A stretch of DNA of 64,000 nucleotides from Pirellulales bacterium (lineage in GTDB: Bacteria > Planctomycetota > Planctomycetia > Pirellulales > PALSA-1355), in assembly GCA_963733035.1 (NCBI GenBank), contig CAVTBU010000010.1, positions 65,016 to 129,015 of the forward strand, written 5' to 3'. The notes beneath the pieces were generated by a model, which was not told the origin of the DNA, made no database searches, and saw nothing but the letters and a program-made list of their open reading frames with translations. The translations under genes were made by a program, and so were the position numbers. Below are positions 60,501-64,000 of this stretch, in pieces. How positions within the stretch are numbered: position 1 is the first letter of the stretch; each line of letters begins with the position of its first letter.

Positions 60501-60504
60501 CGCG

Positions 60505-61638
60505 ATGTCTACGTTGTCTGTGACGATGATCGCCAAGAACGAAGAGCGGAACCTACCGCGGGCATTGGCTAGCTTGCGCGGCGTGGCCGACGAAATCATC
60601 GTCACCGATACCGGCTCGACCGACCGCACGAGCGAAATAGCGAGGGAGCTTGGTGCCCGAGTTGCACAGTTTGATTGGGTCGACGACTTCTCGGCCGCCC
60701 ACAACTACTGCAATAGTCTTGCCACGTGTGATTGGCTGTTCATGCTCGACTGCGACGAAGAATTGTTGGCAGAGAGCCGTGACGAACTTGTGCGGTGCCT
60801 TGCGGACTGTCATGCCTTCGCTTTCGGCGTGATTCGCCAGGACCTTTTCGAGGAAGAGCGGCTCGACTATTTCGCCGAGATGCGGCAAGTTCGGCTTTAT
60901 CGAAACGAACTGGACTTGAAGTTCAAGGGGCGGTTTCATCATCAGCCGTCGCCGCCGCTATTCGAGACCGCGGCTCAAAAGGGTATGGAAGTGCGTGAGT
61001 CGCAGGTCCGTATTCGCCACTTTGGCTACGTGGCCTCCAAGCAGGCGGATAAGAACCGCCGTGCGGTCCATTTGCTTTCGCTAGAACTAAACGACCGGCC
61101 CGGCCAGTTTTACTACCTGGTCGAACTCGGACTGTCCATGTTGGCGTTAGGTGACGCGCAGGGCAGAGAACGGTTGGCGGAGGCCGCTCGTATGATTGTC
61201 GATGGCGACCCGCAGGTCGCCGCATGTCCCGGTCCGTGTTCGATGCTGCTTGAATTTGTATTGGCCTGCGACACGCTGCCGCCCGATTTTCCACTTTCGC
61301 GTAGCCAAGCCCGCGCGTTGGCACAAAAACACTTTCCGGCCTCGATCCCACTCGTGTGGCAGATTGCCAATGAAGCGTACCGTGCGGGTCGCTTTGCCGA
61401 ATGCGCAAGCCTGCTGGAGAGAATCTTGAGAATGGGCGAGGCGGGGTGTTACGATCGGACGATCAGCTTCAACCCTGCGATCATGGGCGATGATACCCGA
61501 CTGAACTTAGGCGTGTGTTACACTCGTTTAGGCAAGCTCAAAGCGGCCGGGCGAATGTTTCGCAAGCTCATCGACAGCCCGACCCGTGGCACGCAGGCCG
61601 CCGAAAACTTACGTGCGATTCGCAAGCTTGCCCGTTAG
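60505..61638 (+). CDS. GT2 glycosyltransferase with C-terminal TPR-like region
   Basis: MIAKNEE, DTGSTD, WVDDFSAA, LDCDE, IRHFGY, helical repeats. Confidence 0.88.
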   Translation: MSTLSVTMIAKNEERNLPRALASLRGVADEIIVTDTGSTDRTSEIARELGARVAQFDWVDDFSAAHNYCNSLATCDWLFMLDCDEELLAESRDELVRCLADCHAFAFGVIRQDLFEEERLDYFAEMRQVRLYRNELDLKFKGRFHHQPSPPLFETAAQKGMEVRESQVRIRHFGYVASKQADKNRRAVHLLSLELNDRPGQFYYLVELGLSMLALGDAQGRERLAEAARMIVDGDPQVAACPGPCSMLLEFVLACDTLPPDFPLSRSQARALAQKHFPASIPLVWQIANEAYRAGRFAECASLLERILRMGEAGCYDRTISFNPAIMGDDTRLNLGVCYTRLGKLKAAGRMFRKLIDSPTRGTQAAENLRAIRKLAR

Positions 61639-61711
61639 CATGGCCGGACGACAGGCGACAAACTCTGCACGGCGGCGCACCTCGAAAAAACATATCTATC
61701 GACGTGGCCGC

Positions 61712-62857
61712 TTAGACGTCTCGCGTGAGGGCCATATTGTCGCGGTGAACGACTTCGTCGTAGGGGCAGCGGCCCAGGACGCCGGCGATTTGCTCGGTCT
61801 TCAGGCCTTTGATTTTCAGGACGTCGTCGATGGCATAGTTCGTCAGGCCGCGGGCGAATTCGTCGCCTTTGGCATCCTGGAGCGAAACGATATCTCCCTT
61901 CTTGAAGCTGCCGCTGGCGCTCGCAATGCCGATGGCCAGCAGGCTGCGCCCCTTTTTTTCGATGGCTTCCCGCGCTCCGGCATCGAGCACCAGCACGCCG
62001 CGCGGCTGAGCGGTGAAACCGATCCAGCGTTTGAACGAGCGGATGGATTGCCCCTGCGCCAGGAACAGTGTGCCGACCGACTCGCCGGCCACAATTCTTG
62101 CCAGGTTTCCGACGGTGCGGCCGTTGGCAATGATCACGTTTTCGCCGGCGGTGGTGGCGATTCGGGCGGCTTCGAGCTTGCTGGCCATACCCCCTTTGCT
62201 CAACCCGGTGACGCTGTCGCGCACGAGTTTGAAAACCGACTCGTCGAGACGGGGAACCGTCGGAATCAATTTCGACTTCGAATCGCCGGGATCGCCGTCA
62301 AAGAGGCCGTCGACGTCGGACAGCAGTACGAGCAATGGGGCACGAATCAGGTTGGTGACCATCGCGGCCAGGCGATCGTTGTCGCCGAAGGTGGTCATCA
62401 GCTCGTCGACGCTGACGGTGTCGTTTTCATTGATGATCGGCAGGGCGCCAAATTCGAAGATCGCCCGAATCGTATTGCGAACGTTGAGGTATGCCGTGCG
62501 GTCGTCGAGATCGCGGGCAGTAAGCAATAGTTGGGCCGCATGCCTGCCGTGCTGCCGCAAGCCGCGGTCGTAGGCTTCCATTAGGTGACTCTGTCCCACG
62601 GCGGCGACGGCCTGCAACTCGGCCAGGTTGTTGGGGCGTTTCGACAGGCCGAGTTGGCCGAGCCCCGCGCCGACCGCGCCGGAGGTGACCAGCACGACGT
62701 GGCGGCCCGTGTCCATGAGTTCGTGCAGCTCGGCGGCCAATGCCTCGATGCGCTCGCGGTTGAGCAAACCGCCGGCACCGGTGAGCACGCGCGTGCCGAC
62801 CTTGACCACGATTGTGTGGGCGGCGGTGGCAACTTCCTGACATACGAGTTCGGTCAT
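61712..62857 (-). CDS. proB: glutamate 5-kinase with PUA domain
   Basis: VVKVGT, TSGAV, INENDTV, FGDNDRLAA, GGMASKL, HRDN. Confidence 0.96.
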   Translation of the reverse strand: MTELVCQEVATAAHTIVVKVGTRVLTGAGGLLNRERIEALAAELHELMDTGRHVVLVTSGAVGAGLGQLGLSKRPNNLAELQAVAAVGQSHLMEAYDRGLRQHGRHAAQLLLTARDLDDRTAYLNVRNTIRAIFEFGALPIINENDTVSVDELMTTFGDNDRLAAMVTNLIRAPLLVLLSDVDGLFDGDPGDSKSKLIPTVPRLDESVFKLVRDSVTGLSKGGMASKLEAARIATTAGENVIIANGRTVGNLARIVAGESVGTLFLAQGQSIRSFKRWIGFTAQPRGVLVLDAGAREAIEKKGRSLLAIGIASASGSFKKGDIVSLQDAKGDEFARGLTNYAIDDVLKIKGLKTEQIAGVLGRCPYDEVVHRDNMALTRDV

Positions 62858-62996
62858 GACGGGGGACTAGGAATACTGATTGCGGATCGCGCAGGTGGTC
62901 GACTTGTCGCGTGTTTGACCCTGACATCATATCGCCTGCCTGATGACGCAAAAGGTCACTCGGGCATCTGCCACCCGTGAAATCCGAAGCGAACGG

Positions 62997-63440
62997 TCAG
63001 CGCTTCTTGCCTGGCACGTTCGGGAATTCACAGAGCGGCTTGCTGGGGTTGGGGTCGGCGAGCAACTCCGCGACAGTCGAGGCGCGAAACGCTTTTTCCA
63101 CGCCCGCCAGTGCATCATCCAGACGCCGATGCATGGGGCACAGGTTCACGCCGTGCGATTTGAGTCCCAGCGGGCAGGACTTGATTCGCTGGACGGGGTC
63201 GACCGCCTCGATCACCTCCCAGACGGTGAGTTTCTTGGGTGCTTTCCGGAGGGTGAAGCCGCCGTGCAGGCCGCGCTGAGAGTGCACCAGCCCGCCGCGG
63301 GCCAGGCTTTGCATGACTTTGGAGAGATATCCGGCCGGCACGCGCGTGGTGGCGGCGATTTGCTGCGTGGTTTGCGGAACGTCCTGTCCGGCCAGGTAGA
63401 CGATGGCCCGCAGGGCGTATTCGGCGGTTTGCGAAATCAT
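62997..63440 (-). CDS. Rrf2-family transcriptional regulator
   Basis: SQTAEYALRA, YLSKVMQSL, SQRGLHGGF, CPLG..H...LCPMH. Confidence 0.92.
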   Translation of the reverse strand: MISQTAEYALRAIVYLAGQDVPQTTQQIAATTRVPAGYLSKVMQSLARGGLVHSQRGLHGGFTLRKAPKKLTVWEVIEAVDPVQRIKSCPLGLKSHGVNLCPMHRRLDDALAGVEKAFRASTVAELLADPNPSKPLCEFPNVPGKKR

Positions 63441-63455
63441 GGCCGGCTCCGTTTC

Positions 63456-63498
63456 TGGATATCTGGACCTTGACATCCATAATATCCACTGACACAAT
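63456..63498 (+). promoter_or_regulatory. sigma-70 promoter for the DUF3365 gene overlapped by a palindromic operator
   Basis: TTGACA-17-CACAAT inside or next to TGGATATCTGGA..TCCATAATATCCA. Confidence 0.6.
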
Positions 63499-63563
63499 CG
63501 GCTGCCAGAGGAATCGTATATGGCACCACGTTTGTTTGGTCCTTTTCTGGGAGGATAGTGGAT

Positions 63564-64000
63564 ATGAGGCGGAATCTAAGGATCGTGGCGTGCGGGGCGA
63601 TGGCGGCCGGAGGCCTGGTGGCTTTGGCCGTGGCGGCCGACAAGGGCGCGCCTGTGGCCCAAGCAACGGCCACACCGGGCCCGGCACTGTCGGTCGAACA
63701 CGCGCGCCGCGAAGTTCGGATGCTCGATGACTTGTACAAAACGGCCATTGTCTACATGAACGACGTTTATGTCGAGGATGCCAATAGCGTGGCGGCCGGG
63801 CAGACTGCCCGCGATATTTTTGCCGCGATGAAAGCCAAGGGCTGGCACGATGCCCGACTGGTCGATGCCACGGGCGAACCGGTGAACGACGAGAACGAGC
63901 CGCAAAATGCGTTTGAAAAAGCGGCCGTGAAAAAAATCTTGGCTGGCGAGACGTACTACGATCAGGTTGTCAGCGAGGACGGACACTCGTATTTGCGAGC
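63564..64000 (+). CDS. DUF3365 (Tll0287-like) exported protein, truncated by window edge
   Basis: Not in the ORF track; signal peptide, ARREVRMLDDLYK, RLVDATGEP.N.EN.P...FEK.A. Confidence 0.8.
   Translation, partial: MRRNLRIVACGAMAAGGLVALAVAADKGAPVAQATATPGPALSVEHARREVRMLDDLYKTAIVYMNDVYVEDANSVAAGQTARDIFAAMKAKGWHDARLVDATGEPVNDENEPQNAFEKAAVKKILAGETYYDQVVSEDGHSYLR

Noticed and set aside
1..64000. CRISPR arrays, rRNA, tRNA, prophage or defence systems
   Set aside because: No regularly spaced repeats, cloverleafs, phage genes or defence-family motifs recognised by eye

Overview
GC-rich bacterial chromosomal segment, most likely a Planctomycetota (Pirellulales-like) genome, judging from the DUF1559 pair, PEP-CTERM protein, NagB-II and planctomycete-style Czc and Mla genes. 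Mostly housekeeping: a complete nuoA-N complex I operon behind a Rex/CRP-like palindrome, Mrp/ApbC, lpxB, thiE, clpC, mlaEFD, a PP2C phosphatase, a sigma-54 two-component pair, lexA, a heavy-metal RND operon, nagB, proB and an Rrf2 regulator. A small accessory patch holds an IS5 remnant. About 13 single-base frameshifts, three of them in nuo genes, are most likely consensus errors. No rRNA, tRNA or CRISPR was seen. Best candidates for undescribed biology: (1) a 24-aa Lys/Ala histone-H1-tail-like peptide gene with its own SD and terminator; (2) a ClpN-ThiD2-ThiE fusion divergent from clpC; (3) two Cys-rich exported ORFs leading metal-handling genes, plus a repeated WCxEH..CxxC(H) module shared by the RND adaptor and a stand-alone lipoprotein; (4) a candidate LexA operator; (5) a degenerate bEBP, pseudo-receiver and CxxC-less Mrp after nuoN. 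All family calls come from motif recognition by eye, not database searches.
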